Notes: a model not told the origin generated them from the sequence alone. DNA of 64,000 bases from Acidimicrobiia bacterium (GCA_965203555.1 CBDBCY010000004.1:1120001-1184000); one strand, 5' to 3'; shown: positions 1 to 10,851, counted from the stretch's first letter. Numbers and translations: made by a program.

Positions 1-3000
1 CCCTACCAAACCCGCAACTATGTGTCCCTCTTGCGAGACGCCCGCAACAAATGGGCTCACAATCGCAAGTTCGGTTCAGACGAAACCATCCGCATCCTCG
101 ACCAGTGCGAGGTAGTGCTCAAAGACTTCAAGGCACCCGAACAAGCCGAGCAGGTCCGGAGTCTGAAAAAAGCGTTGCAGAGACAGGTGTACGAGCAGGA
201 AGGTCGCGACGAACGCAAACGGCTAATCAGTGTCTCGGATCTCACTAAGGGACAGCCTGCGGGTCAGTACCCGCCTTGGCGGGAGGTGGTGGCTCCCCAT
301 CCCGATGTCCGGGAAGGCCGCTTCACCCAGGCCGAGTTCGCCGCCGACCTCTGGCAGGTGCTCAACGGACGGGCCGAAGAGGAGTATCAAGACCCGGCAG
401 CCTTCTTTGCCCGCACCTTTATCACCGACGGTCTGGCGGATTTGATTCGCATCGCCGCCCAGCGTCTCTCGGGTCAGGGCGGAGAGCCGGTAGTGGAACT
501 CCAAACCAGCTTCGGCGGTGGCAAGACCCACAGCCTGATCGCCCTTTACCACTTGGCGTCGGAGACCTCCACCCACAAACTGCCCGGAGTGGACGAATTA
601 TTGATCCGTGAGAACCTGACCATCCCGAAGACGGTCAACCGGGCAGCATTTGTCGGTCAGGCTTTTTCGGCTTCCGATCCCGCTCCTAAACCGGACGGCA
701 CGCCGGTGCGCACCCTGTGGGGAGAAATCGCTTGGCAACTTGGCGGCCCGGAGGCTTATGCCATCTTGGCTAAGGACGATCAAAACGCCACCAACCCCGG
801 CGCCAAGCTGGTGGAGTTGTTCGAGAGATTCGGACCCGCCCTGGTTTTGATCGATGAATGGGTGGCCTACGCCCGCGACCTCCCGACCCGGACGGACGAG
901 ACCCGAGTAGCTGGCGGGGACTTCGACACCCAGTTCACCTTTGCGCAGGCACTCACGGAAGCTGCCGCAGCCGCGAAGAACGCCTTGGTGCTGGTTTCCA
1001 TTCCCTCCTCGAACATGGAAGTGGGAGGAGAAAAAGGACAGCAGGCCCTGGAAAAGCTCAAGAATGTCGTGTCACGCCGAGCAACCGAGTGGCGGGCCGC
1101 CACCACGGACGAGTCTTTCGAGATCGTGCGCCGCCGTCTGTTCGAACCACTCCCCCACGGATCGGCCCGTAAACGTGACGCGGTCATCCGGGCCTATCAC
1201 GATCTGTACCGAAACCAGCCCGATCACTTTCCGCCCGAAACCCGTGAAACCTCCTACCGGAAACGGATGAAGGGATCCTATCCAATCCATCCGGAGCTAT
1301 TCGACCGGCTCTACGAGGACTGGTCAACTCTGGAACGTTTCCAACGGACCCGAGGAATGCTGCGACTGATGGCCGCGGTAATCGCCAGCCTATGGGAACA
1401 AGGTGATCCTTCACAAATGATCATGCCGGGCATCCTCCCAATGGAATCCGGAAGAGTGCTTCCGGAGATCACCAAATACCTTGAGGACCGCTGGGATCCG
1501 ATCATCCACACCGATGTGGACGGCCCCAACAGCTTGCCCCGCCGTATCGACAAGCGGGCCAGCAACCTGGGACGCTATCTCGCGACCCATAGGGTGGCCC
1601 GCACCACCTTCCTGGGCTCGGCGCCCAAGGCGGGAGATCGCCAGGGTATAGACGCCCGACGGATTGTCTTGGGATGCGCGCAACCCGGCGAACCGCCAGG
1701 GGCCTTCCATGACGCGCTGAGGCGGCTAGCCCGAGACGCGACTTATCTCTATAACCAGGACACACGGTACTGGTACGACACCAACCCCACTCTGACGCGG
1801 TTAGCACGCGATCGAGCTGCCGACTTCGACGGGACCTATACCGATCCTGAGATCCGAAAGAGGATTCAGAGCCTCGGCCGAGGTTCCTTCGGGGCGGTCC
1901 ATGTTTTCCCGGAGGGACCGGGAGATGTCCCTGACCACGACGACCGCGTACGGATGGTGATCCTCCCACCATCGGCTCCGCACAGCGTCAAAGGAGGAAC
2001 CGCCACCGAGGCGGTGGCCCAGGCCGAATCGATCCTCGCTCAGCGCCATGGCGGCCCCCGCATCAACCAGAACCTGTTGGTGTTCATGGCTGCCGAACAA
2101 GGCCGGGTGGATGAGTTGCGTGACGCGGTGCGGGCGTGGCTGGCCTGGAAATCGATCTACGAAGATAGGGATGCGACCCGGCTCAATCTGTCTCCTGCGG
2201 CGGTGGACCAGGTGAAAGAACGGCAGGCCGATGCCAACACCACAGTGGAGAACCGAATCAAGGAGACCTTCGTTCATGTTCTGACCCCCCGCAAACAAGC
2301 CGGGCAAAAGGATGTCGAGTGGCACCGCATGCCAGCCGGTGGAAGTCAGGACCTAATCCACCGAGCCGAGTCCAAGCTCCGCTCCGACGAGCAGCTAATC
2401 ACCTCCTACAGCGGCATCCGGGTCAAGATGGACTTAGAGCGTGGCCGCTTCCAACTGTGGGACGACGACTCCGACCACGTCGGGATCAAGAAACTGTGGA
2501 GCTACTACTGCCGGCACCTCTACATGCCCCGCCTGCTGGACTTCGGCGTACTTGCCCATGCGGTTTCCTCTGGCGTTTCCCTGATAACTTGGGAACAAGA
2601 CACTTTTGCCTTCGCCGAGGCATACGATCCCGACAAAGACCGCTATCTGGGTCTGAAGACAGCAGAGCATGTGGGAGTGGGAGACAGCCACACGGCAGTG
2701 ATTGTCAAAGCCGACCGGGCCCGACAGCAAATGGATGTAGACCAGGACCGCCCTGACACCAGTGACGATGACGACGATGACACCGGAACGACGGATCCTC
2801 CCAACGGCCCCAAGCCCCCCACCCGCTTCTACGGAAGAACCAAGCTCTCCCGGCTACGAGCAGTCCGGGACATGGGCGACATCATCAACGAGATCACCAC
2901 CCACCTAGAGTCCGCCGGCGACGACGTCACACTAATCGTCGAAATAAAAGCCGAATCGCCAGGATACGGCGAGTCCACAGTCCGCACCGTAAAAGAAAAC

Positions 3001-3042
3001 GCCCAACAGCTTGGCTTCGATGACTTCGGTTTCGAAAACTAG
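1..3042 (+). CDS. DUF499-family AAA+ ATPase with N-terminal Swt1-like HEPN domain (5' partial; BREX/RM-like defence component)
   Basis: Frame is open from base 1. HEPN-like RNKWAH; Walker A LQTSFGGGKTHS; Walker B LVLIDEW; YPIHPELF and FQRTRGMLRL motifs; C-terminal RTVKENA..LGF..GFE tail typical of this family. Confidence 0.85.
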   Translation, partial: PYQTRNYVSLLRDARNKWAHNRKFGSDETIRILDQCEVVLKDFKAPEQAEQVRSLKKALQRQVYEQEGRDERKRLISVSDLTKGQPAGQYPPWREVVAPHPDVREGRFTQAEFAADLWQVLNGRAEEEYQDPAAFFARTFITDGLADLIRIAAQRLSGQGGEPVVELQTSFGGGKTHSLIALYHLASETSTHKLPGVDELLIRENLTIPKTVNRAAFVGQAFSASDPAPKPDGTPVRTLWGEIAWQLGGPEAYAILAKDDQNATNPGAKLVELFERFGPALVLIDEWVAYARDLPTRTDETRVAGGDFDTQFTFAQALTEAAAAAKNALVLVSIPSSNMEVGGEKGQQALEKLKNVVSRRATEWRAATTDESFEIVRRRLFEPLPHGSARKRDAVIRAYHDLYRNQPDHFPPETRETSYRKRMKGSYPIHPELFDRLYEDWSTLERFQRTRGMLRLMAAVIASLWEQGDPSQMIMPGILPMESGRVLPEITKYLEDRWDPIIHTDVDGPNSLPRRIDKRASNLGRYLATHRVARTTFLGSAPKAGDRQGIDARRIVLGCAQPGEPPGAFHDALRRLARDATYLYNQDTRYWYDTNPTLTRLARDRAADFDGTYTDPEIRKRIQSLGRGSFGAVHVFPEGPGDVPDHDDRVRMVILPPSAPHSVKGGTATEAVAQAESILAQRHGGPRINQNLLVFMAAEQGRVDELRDAVRAWLAWKSIYEDRDATRLNLSPAAVDQVKERQADANTTVENRIKETFVHVLTPRKQAGQKDVEWHRMPAGGSQDLIHRAESKLRSDEQLITSYSGIRVKMDLERGRFQLWDDDSDHVGIKKLWSYYCRHLYMPRLLDFGVLAHAVSSGVSLITWEQDTFAFAEAYDPDKDRYLGLKTAEHVGVGDSHTAVIVKADRARQQMDVDQDRPDTSDDDDDDTGTTDPPNGPKPPTRFYGRTKLSRLRAVRDMGDIINEITTHLESAGDDVTLIVEIKAESPGYGESTVRTVKENAQQLGFDDFGFEN

Positions 3043-3510
3043 CTTCTGCCGTTGCCGAAATCAGGGAACCACCGCGGCGGCTACGTTCTCGATGGAGGCG
3101 GCGCTACCTGAGAAAACGCCCAAGTACCAGCGCCCAGACCTTGCGGCATGCGGATTGCCCACCGCTGTCCAACCTGCAGTGACGGGAGGCCTGGAGATGC
3201 TGATCGAAATGTCTGCCATTTTGACTCTGCACAGCCACCGTTCCATCCGTCACCCGCACCTCTTCGACTCAAACCAAACCAGGCCTAATCACGAAGTCCA
3301 TATGGAGGCCCTCGGACGGCGGAGCGTGCGAAGCCTCCCCGCTTCTTGTCACACCCACCTGGCACACTGGCCATGCCCGAGGTTGGCAACATTCATGGAC
3401 GCCAAATCCATCAATGATGCCTAAGGATCACATATAATTGAAGTGTTGACGGCATGAGAGCAGAAAACGCTCCACTTGGTTTTGTTCCAAGAATGTACGA
3501 GAGGAGATCT

Positions 3511-3930
3511 ATGTCCGGCTTTCTCACCGCAGACGCTGTTGCAGCTGTGTTAGCCTTCTTTCCTGAGCATAAATTCGAATCTACGTCGACGGAACTTCAG
3601 GCTGGCTTTCGAGAGATAGCATTGCAATATCCCGATTTGTTCGGTCAGATATCTTTTGGAAAAACTGGAGCATATGTCTGGTCCCCTACTATTGATGCTG
3701 CTCTGGACAGCCTTGCTGCTTCGCGTTTTTACAGCCGATACAACAAGGATTTGGTTACCTATGAACTCAACAGGACCAAGCTAAGGTCCTATTTTGATAA
3801 TTTTCTCTATGATCGCTTCCATGAAGCTGGTATCACTGTAGACATCATTCAAGAAGCATCTCGCGCTCTGATGGATATCCTTACCAATATCCATGCTTCA
3901 CCAGATCGAAAACGTCTATTAGTAACGTAG
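3511..3930 (+). CDS. Small winged-helix-like protein (YwgA/SocA-like), probable partner of the downstream dNTPase
   Basis: GAGGAG RBS at 3501-3506 before ATG 3511. ISFGKTGAYVWSPTIDAALDSL resembles the F....GPYS.EL...L..L motif. Ends 4 nt before the next gene. Confidence 0.55.
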   Translation: MSGFLTADAVAAVLAFFPEHKFESTSTELQAGFREIALQYPDLFGQISFGKTGAYVWSPTIDAALDSLAASRFYSRYNKDLVTYELNRTKLRSYFDNFLYDRFHEAGITVDIIQEASRALMDILTNIHASPDRKRLLVT

Positions 3931-3934
3931 GCTC

Positions 3935-5425
3935 GTGGCTCCTAGGTGGACAGCAAAGATAGATGAGCTGGCCTTAAGCCTTTTTGGAGGCTGCTCGCAT
4001 TGGCCTAACAAGAAAATCGTACACGACTCGGTTTGGGGTACCCGCGCCTTTGAGGGTTGGGAGATGGCCATCATTGATCTACCGGTTCTACAGCGGCTTC
4101 GTAACATCCATCAAACATCCCTAGCTTACCTTACCTTTCCTACTGCCCTCCACACACGGTTTGATCACTCATTGGGCGTCTGCAGCGGGACAAAGGAGTT
4201 GGCGTCGAAAGTGCTTGGCCTTAACCCATGTAGCCCTCTATATAGGGAATTGAGCGCGGCTGCATTGCTTCATGACATCGGGCACGGACCCTTTTCTCAC
4301 CTGACAGAGGATTCTTACGCGGCAAAACCGGGCCTCTTTGCTGGTCTCATCTATTCTGCCGCGTCAGAACCGGAGGCACCCTATCCCAAAGGTTCACCTC
4401 ATGAAATAGTCGGGGCTCTCCTATTACGGGCTCCGGCAGCCAGGATCTTTTTCGAGCGACTACAAGATCGTTATGGTGTTGAAATCGATGTTGAGCAGAT
4501 CGGTGACATTATTGCGGGAAACAGAACTCGTCATACTCCCGAGGCTGCGAGTCTGGTGAACGGGCCTTTTGATGCGGACAAGATCGATTATCTTCGGCGA
4601 GACTCGGCTTTCTCGGGGGTTCCCATTGCTCTGGATTTCGATCGCTTAATGCATTCCTTACAAGTGCGAAGCGAGCATGAGCTCAAAGAAGTTGCTATCA
4701 ACATTCGGGGGGTTGTGGCCGCGGAACAGATTCTCTTTGGTAAAGCAACGCTCTTTTCAACGGTGTATCATCACCATAAGGTACGCGCCGCGGACTGCCT
4801 GTTCAAAGCCATCACTGAAAGGATGTTCAAAACCGGTCTAGGGATTGATGGTGGTCCGTTTGAGGATCCCGTCGACATGTTGCGCTTTGTCGATTCGGAC
4901 TTTACGAAGTGGATCGTTCGCAAGCCAAGCCGAGACGAAATACGCGACGATCGACTCCGTCACCTCCTGCACTTGTTGGCTAGGCGGGACCTGCCTGTCC
5001 GAGTCATGGAGATTTCAACTCGATCTCTTGAAGATGAAGGCCTTCAGGAACTCTTTAGATTTAGAGACCCGAAACCCGAGGAGGCTTACCGGGTATACGA
5101 ACAGGTGCTGGAACTTCGCAAGGCTATAGCAAAAGAAGTTCGGAGCAAAACAGGGGATACGACCCTGCATGAAGACGAGGTATGGGTAGATCTGCCGCGG
5201 GTGCCGGATCTGGGGGACGGCACACTGATCGACAAGTCCGGTGATTTGAAGAATTTAGCCGAAGTGTTCCCAACAAAGCAGTGGGTAGACTATTATAAAC
5301 TCCACCGATACAGTGGCTATGTGCTGGGGCCCAGAAGGCATCTGGAGTCAGTGAAAACAGCAACGGCAGGCGTGTTGCAGGATCGGGGGATCAAGCTCAA
5401 GAACGGTAGCACTGACCTGAGTTGA
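3935..5425 (+). CDS. HD-domain dNTP triphosphohydrolase (SAMHD1/YwfO-like)
   Basis: LQRLRNIHQ, HTRFDHSLGV, LLHDIGHGPFSH, DADKIDYLRRDS and VYHHHKVRAAD motifs. Confidence 0.9.
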   Translation: MAPRWTAKIDELALSLFGGCSHWPNKKIVHDSVWGTRAFEGWEMAIIDLPVLQRLRNIHQTSLAYLTFPTALHTRFDHSLGVCSGTKELASKVLGLNPCSPLYRELSAAALLHDIGHGPFSHLTEDSYAAKPGLFAGLIYSAASEPEAPYPKGSPHEIVGALLLRAPAARIFFERLQDRYGVEIDVEQIGDIIAGNRTRHTPEAASLVNGPFDADKIDYLRRDSAFSGVPIALDFDRLMHSLQVRSEHELKEVAINIRGVVAAEQILFGKATLFSTVYHHHKVRAADCLFKAITERMFKTGLGIDGGPFEDPVDMLRFVDSDFTKWIVRKPSRDEIRDDRLRHLLHLLARRDLPVRVMEISTRSLEDEGLQELFRFRDPKPEEAYRVYEQVLELRKAIAKEVRSKTGDTTLHEDEVWVDLPRVPDLGDGTLIDKSGDLKNLAEVFPTKQWVDYYKLHRYSGYVLGPRRHLESVKTATAGVLQDRGIKLKNGSTDLS

Positions 5426-5574
5426 CCTGCTGGTGACGTCGCCCGCTATCCAGAGGCAAAGTTCCGAAAACTGGGACATGGGAAATGAGTCGGGAGGTTA
5501 CGAATCCGTGGGATGCGAGTTGTTCCCAAATCGGGGACCTACCTGACAGATCGGCTTCGGCCAAGATTTGCTTC

Positions 5575-6495
5575 TCAAGGTGCTGGGTGAAGTTGGTTGG
5601 ATGATTGTGGCGAAATGGTGCGGTGCCGTCGCTGCCAAACGGGATTGTTGAGAAGATGCGCAGCTGAGTCGGGATTGATGTGAGGGGAGAAGACCATTAG
5701 TTCCGTGCCACGGTGCGCACGCCCTGCGCTGTGCCGTAGGCTAAACCGAAGTATCTCACTGTTGGGATAGAGATCGCTCCCAACGCGGGGATCACAGTCG
5801 TAGCTGACGATCCAGCGGCGGAATGTCGTCGCGAGCGCGCGCGAGAGTTGCTCGTGCTTGACGTATGTCATGGTGTCGAGGTAGAGATCGGTCGACTTTG
5901 TCAAGTAGGGCGGGTCAGCATACACGAAACCAGTGCGTGCATGGCGGGGAGCGAGGCTTACGAGTAAGTCGACCGCGTCGCCGTTGTGGACTGTGATGCG
6001 GTCTGCAAGGCGAGCGATTTGGCGCAGGCGGCGGAGCAGGTCCGTCTTGTTGAACCGGCAGTCGATCTTGTAGGGGCCGTCCTGTTTGAGGCCTCCGATC
6101 GGACGTGCTCGCAGGATGCCTGAGTGGTTGGTGCGGTTGAGGAAGAACGCTGCGAAGCCTAAGGCAATGGTGTCGGTAGGGTCGGAGTGTCTTAGAGCAT
6201 GAGCTTGTTCGTGCCAGGTTTCTATTGTCACTTGGCATCCGTCGATGAGGCCTTTGAATTCGTCGGAGTATTGAAGCGCCGCCTTCCAAAACGCCGCTAT
6301 AGCGGGGTCGGCATCACCGATGATCGCATGGTCAACATCACCGCTGCGTAGCAAACCCAAAGCGATCGCCGCACCTCCGGCGAATGGCTCGATGTACGTG
6401 GATCCCAGCGGTGCGTTGCGTAACACGATCTCCCGTACGAACCGTAGGAGAAGGCCCTTTCCTCCTGGGTACCGCAGGGGGCTGAGATGTTTCAC
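5575..6495 (-). CDS. DNA adenine methyltransferase (Dam/D12 class)
   Basis: SPLRYPGGK, YIEPFAGG (motif I), FFLNRT and YADPPY (motif IV). GTG start overlaps the upstream TGA. Confidence 0.9.
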   Translation of the reverse strand: MKHLSPLRYPGGKGLLLRFVREIVLRNAPLGSTYIEPFAGGAAIALGLLRSGDVDHAIIGDADPAIAAFWKAALQYSDEFKGLIDGCQVTIETWHEQAHALRHSDPTDTIALGFAAFFLNRTNHSGILRARPIGGLKQDGPYKIDCRFNKTDLLRRLRQIARLADRITVHNGDAVDLLVSLAPRHARTGFVYADPPYLTKSTDLYLDTMTYVKHEQLSRALATTFRRWIVSYDCDPRVGSDLYPNSEILRFSLRHSAGRAHRGTELMVFSPHINPDSAAHLLNNPVWQRRHRTISPQSSNQLHPAP

Positions 6496-7919
6496 GTACT
6501 GCTAGGTTGCTGCCCGCTGAGGTCCGAGCAGATCCTTTCAAGTAGCGGCCTATAGGCGAGGGCGATGCTATCAAGGTCGGATTTTCCTGGCGCGGCGTTA
6601 ACGTTATGCACATACTGGTGGAGGTTCGGCACCGAGATTATGCTGTACCTCTCCTTTAGCTTGGTGCGTAGCGGCTGGAAGTCAGCGTCATTTTTAGGAA
6701 TGCCGAGCATCCTCATGGCTGTATGAATCCTCGTTGGGAGTTTCGTGTTCATCCCCGGCGTGCTGCCTTTAAGATGGAGATACTCGGTCACGGTCAGTTC
6801 GATGATCGCCCTCAGCAGGACGGCGATTGCATTCGGGTACCTATCGGGATTGAGCTGGCGGACCTCCGCCATGATGCGCTGTATCCGTGGATGGAGCGGC
6901 TTAACATCAATGTTGGCGAAGGGATGATCTGGCTTTGGAGACCGCCTTCTTGTCTTAGTTTTATCAGCGTCCGCAGGGCCCGCGCCCGCAGAACCGGCTG
7001 GTTTTTCCGTGGCACTGTCTTCGGTATTGCTGTCTGAGCCGCTCTTGCGTTCATCGTTTCCTGGATCAGGATCCCCGTAGGTGTCGTCCTGAAGCAGTTT
7101 CGTGACGTAGGCGGTGCGATCGGGTTTGTGCTTGAGCTGCGTGACTGTTGTATCGCCAGCCAGGTCCGCAATGATTCTCAGTAGCCGGCGAATGACGGCA
7201 CTCTCATCGTCGTTGAGAGCAACTGTGCCAGACTGGAAATCGAAGCCGATGAGATGCCTGACATCGGGGTCTCCGGCGAGGCGGCCAAGGTTGGTGACGC
7301 TGTTGCTTTCTACGGTGTCAAGATTGGTGTGCGCTGGATCGTCAGGTTCAAGTCGAGGTCGAATCCAGTCGAGCACCCTGATTGCGCTGGCCGTATGCCC
7401 GCGTGCAGATGGGCTGGGGTTGAATCGGTATTTGGCTGCCGATGACCACGGGATGGATCCAATACCCGACATCTGGCCACCGTGGGATCTATCCAGCCAA
7501 ATGCGTGCTTCGTCTCGGTTTGCTACGACAGCACACATAACGGCGCTGGGATGGCTTCCCGGCTCGGCAATAACTCTAGTGAATTCAGCAGAGTGCAGTT
7601 CGGCGGGGAGCAGCCTGGGATCGGTCAGGATCTGCATCGCTACCAGGCGTCGGTTGCCATCGAGAACTGTGTACCGCCCTTCTGGTCCCGGGGTGACGAT
7701 AAGGAGTAGTGCAGGGCTGACACCGATGTCGTGGATATCGACCGCCAGTCGGACTATCTTGTCGCGCTGGTCCGCTATGAGTCTCTGCAGCGCCGTTCTC
7801 TGGTCGGGAACTGAACCGTGGCGAGGGTTCTCGCAATCAAGATCCAGGTTGGCTATTGGGATTTCTTGGCGCAGCACGTTTGACCCGGTCATGGATGTTG
7901 GGCAGTTTAGCCGATACAA
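6492..7919 (-). CDS. ParB/Srx-like N-terminal domain protein with HEPN-like C-terminal domain
   Basis: LDCENPRH and YTVLDGNRRL (ParB-like). C-terminus has AVLLRAIIEL...LHQYVHN (HEPN-like). Coupled to the methylase; start codon uncertain. Confidence 0.65.
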   Translation of the reverse strand: MYRLNCPTSMTGSNVLRQEIPIANLDLDCENPRHGSVPDQRTALQRLIADQRDKIVRLAVDIHDIGVSPALLLIVTPGPEGRYTVLDGNRRLVAMQILTDPRLLPAELHSAEFTRVIAEPGSHPSAVMCAVVANRDEARIWLDRSHGGQMSGIGSIPWSSAAKYRFNPSPSARGHTASAIRVLDWIRPRLEPDDPAHTNLDTVESNSVTNLGRLAGDPDVRHLIGFDFQSGTVALNDDESAVIRRLLRIIADLAGDTTVTQLKHKPDRTAYVTKLLQDDTYGDPDPGNDERKSGSDSNTEDSATEKPAGSAGAGPADADKTKTRRRSPKPDHPFANIDVKPLHPRIQRIMAEVRQLNPDRYPNAIAVLLRAIIELTVTEYLHLKGSTPGMNTKLPTRIHTAMRMLGIPKNDADFQPLRTKLKERYSIISVPNLHQYVHNVNAAPGKSDLDSIALAYRPLLERICSDLSGQQPSST

Positions 7920-8452
7920 CAGGGGTATGAATCAGATATTCCTTTGCAAACGAGGTCCATATCTAGGCGGTCCCTGTCTCTGGCTGGAGTTGTACGATAA
8001 TTGGGCTGATGAGTGGTCTTATGGCAGCAGCGCAGACGATATCGGGGTTTGACGACCGTCGTCAACGCTGTCTAAAGGCCGTCACGACAATGTTAGACTT
8101 CTCACCCGACGATCTGAACCCTTCAATGGATTGGAACAGTTTCATGGTCGATGCATTCCTGCAGAAGCGGCCCTTTTGTCTCTATCTCGAACCAGCATTT
8201 ACCGAGTATCACCGTCACCTGGTAAGCATCTACCAGGACGACCTTGCCCTATTTGCCTCCGATTTTGCCTCCTGCGATCATGACATCTGACAAGCGATCG
8301 AGACTGCTGAACGAGTCGCCGGAGAGATTGAAGAGACTGATTTGGAAGGGCAAACACCGTACGACGCGGTCACCCGTTACCTGAATCAGTGGTACCTGCG
8401 CATTGTTGAGCGGTCTTTTGACAGCCTGCTCGGCTTAGCGGCTTATCGGCTC

Positions 8453-9565
8453 CTAGTGGTGCGTCGCGGTTTTGGTTTGGTGGAGGGCTGCGCGTCCTCG
8501 TTGGACTTTGGTGATGATTTCTTGTGCGGTTTTGTGCCAGATGAAGGGTTTGGGGTTTTGGTTCCAGTGGTCGGTCCAGGTGTTGATCGCTTCGATGAGC
8601 TGTCCGACGCTTCGGAAGCTGTCCCGGCGTAGCCGTTTTTGGGTGAGTTCCCGGAACCATCTTTCGACCAGGTTCAGCCACGACGCCGAAGTGGGCGTGT
8701 AATGGGTGTGCCAGCGGTCCCGACGGCGGGGATGCTCCAGCCAGCGGGTGACGTTGGCATGCTTGTGAGCGGCGTAGTTGTCGATCACCAGATGCACGTC
8801 CAGATCGGATGGGACATGACGTTCGATCAGTCTCAAAAAGCCCAAAAACTCCTGGTGACGATGTCTGGGTCGACAATCGGCGATGATCTTCCCCGTGGCG
8901 GTGTCCAACGCCGCGAACAAAGTGGTGGTGCCGTTGCGTTTGTAGTCATGGGTCATGGTCCCCGCCCGCCCGGGTTTCAGCGGCAGGGACCTCTGGGAGC
9001 GTTCCAGCGCCTGGATCTGGGACTTTTCGTCCACGCACAACACCACCGCCCGTTCGGGCGGATTCATGTACAAACCCACCACGTCCACCAACTTCTCCTC
9101 AAAACGAGGATCATTGGACAACTTGAACGTCTCGATCTTCCACGGTTGCAGTCCCCGCGCTTTCCAGATACGAGCCACGGTGTCCTTTCCCACCCCAAAA
9201 CGGGCCGCCATCGTCCTGGTCGACCAATGCGTCGACCCGTCCGCCGGGCGGGTACCCAACGTGTCCGAAACGATCTGTTCCACCACCTCCTGGCTGATCA
9301 CCGGGGGACGGCCCCGACCCGGACGGATCACCCCCACCCCGTCAACACCGTCCTCGGAGAAACGTTTCCGCCAAGCCCGGACCGTGTTCGACGACACCCC
9401 CACCCTCCGGGCGGTCTCCTCGTTGGCCACACCATCAGCAGCCAACAACAGGCCCCTGGCCTGGCGAACCCGCCGAAACGGCAACGATTCCGACCTCGCT
9501 ATCTGTTCCAACGCAGCACGCTGCTCAACCGACATCTCCAACGGGGGCGCAATAAAAACAGGCAT
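8453..9565 (-). CDS. IS630-family transposase
   Basis: HTH region, [41 protein letters not shown] (DDE). Confidence 0.95.
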   Translation of the reverse strand: MPVFIAPPLEMSVEQRAALEQIARSESLPFRRVRQARGLLLAADGVANEETARRVGVSSNTVRAWRKRFSEDGVDGVGVIRPGRGRPPVISQEVVEQIVSDTLGTRPADGSTHWSTRTMAARFGVGKDTVARIWKARGLQPWKIETFKLSNDPRFEEKLVDVVGLYMNPPERAVVLCVDEKSQIQALERSQRSLPLKPGRAGTMTHDYKRNGTTTLFAALDTATGKIIADCRPRHRHQEFLGFLRLIERHVPSDLDVHLVIDNYAAHKHANVTRWLEHPRRRDRWHTHYTPTSASWLNLVERWFRELTQKRLRRDSFRSVGQLIEAINTWTDHWNQNPKPFIWHKTAQEIITKVQRGRAALHQTKTATHH

Positions 9566-9608
9566 ACCACAACATTAACCCACTCAACTACAAAACCGAC
9601 GCACCACT
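8455..9608 (-). mobile_element. IS630-family element, intact copy
   Basis: TIRs TAGTGGTGCGTCG / CGACGCACCACTA, with CTAG at 8453-8456 and 9607-9610. Confidence 0.95.
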
Positions 9609-10851
9609 AGCGAATGAGGGCAAGCAGCTACCGGTGAGACCCCAGCAGATACTGGAGGCGCTAACAGCCCGAGGTTGGCACTGCGTTGGATGGTTTCATG
9701 AACCCATCGTGCGGAATGGCATCGCCCACGACTTCCAGTTCATACAAGAGACCGTGGTGTCACCTCCATCTGTTGTCTATACGGATCTCAAGGGCAACTC
9801 CGCAATCCTTTCCATGTTTGATTTGGCGAACGAGGTGAAAGGCATTGTCGATGAATGTCTCGCCTACGCGTTTGCACTTCGACTCTTCCTCCTCGAACAC
9901 CGAAACGATCCACACATCCGGCAGGTTGGTTCTAATCCGGCCAATCGCAGCCTCCGTACATTGGGCTTTCCTGCTTTTACATCAACCCGCTCACTGGTTG
10001 TGGAATCTGTCCACACCGAAGTTGTGAACGACAAGATGCAGATACGAATCGAGTGTCGCGATTACACGCGTGCCGATGTGGAGTGTCTTGCCGAAATGGT
10101 CGCTCTCCTGGCTTCAGCGCACACCTGGTTTCCTGACGGCGAACGTTTCTTCATTGGCCTTAGATCTAAGAACCCGATCGGTTTCGCCTGCGTAGACGGC
10201 ATTGCTCTCAGCCGTTGGAAACGGGGCGACTTGACCGACGAGTCCTTCTTGGGTTCCTTCGATCCCATACTGATATGGCCAAGACGTAAACTACTCGGGC
10301 AGCTGCGAGCCAAACTGGTTCGAGCCATACCTGTGGGACTGGCCGCAGGGCGGGAAGCATTTCAAGAAGCTACCGCCGAGTTGCCCTTCAGGTTGCCAAG
10401 GCAAGTCAAGGTACTGTCGCTCAAGGACAACTCTATAGGCGTCGCCCGCAGGTACGGAGGGGATTTCTTAGTAAATGTGGATGACCACGAAGGTGTGAGG
10501 GCGCTTCTACATCCACTCATGGGGTGGATCAAGAAGCAGCGAATCCATCACTCCCCTCAGAGCAAAGAGCACTGGGGAAAGGCACCTCCTGTCTACATGC
10601 TTGGCTTCCTCTATTCACGGAACAAACGGCCACGCGACCGCGGCGTCTCTTCAACTTCGGAGTTCTACATAGGTCGGTTCGAGTGGCGAAGCCCTGAAGC
10701 AGACCTAGGCACATTGCCTCTGCCTGTTGGAGACGGTGAGGATCTGGGCCAAGGTCTCAAATACGAGCCCTCTTTGGCATGGCCTCCTCCAGACCGCTTT
10801 ATTCCTCGCTAAAGTCCGCGGGGGACGGAAGGATAGTGGGAAGAGCGCGAG

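Larger units (their letters stand above)
8009..10812 (+). pseudogene. Hypothetical protein of about 550 codons, disrupted by an in-frame TGA (8288-8290) and an IS630 insertion
   Basis: ORFs 8009 and 8342 share a frame. Removing the IS at CTAG gives ...AYRLL-ANEGKQLP-VRPQQ, in frame with ORF 9634..10812. Confidence 0.7.

Noticed and set aside
7114-8052. Long antisense ORFs (7114..8052, also 8639..9610, 12619..13494, 49981..51348)
   Set aside because: Shadow frames of motif-supported genes in GC-rich DNA.
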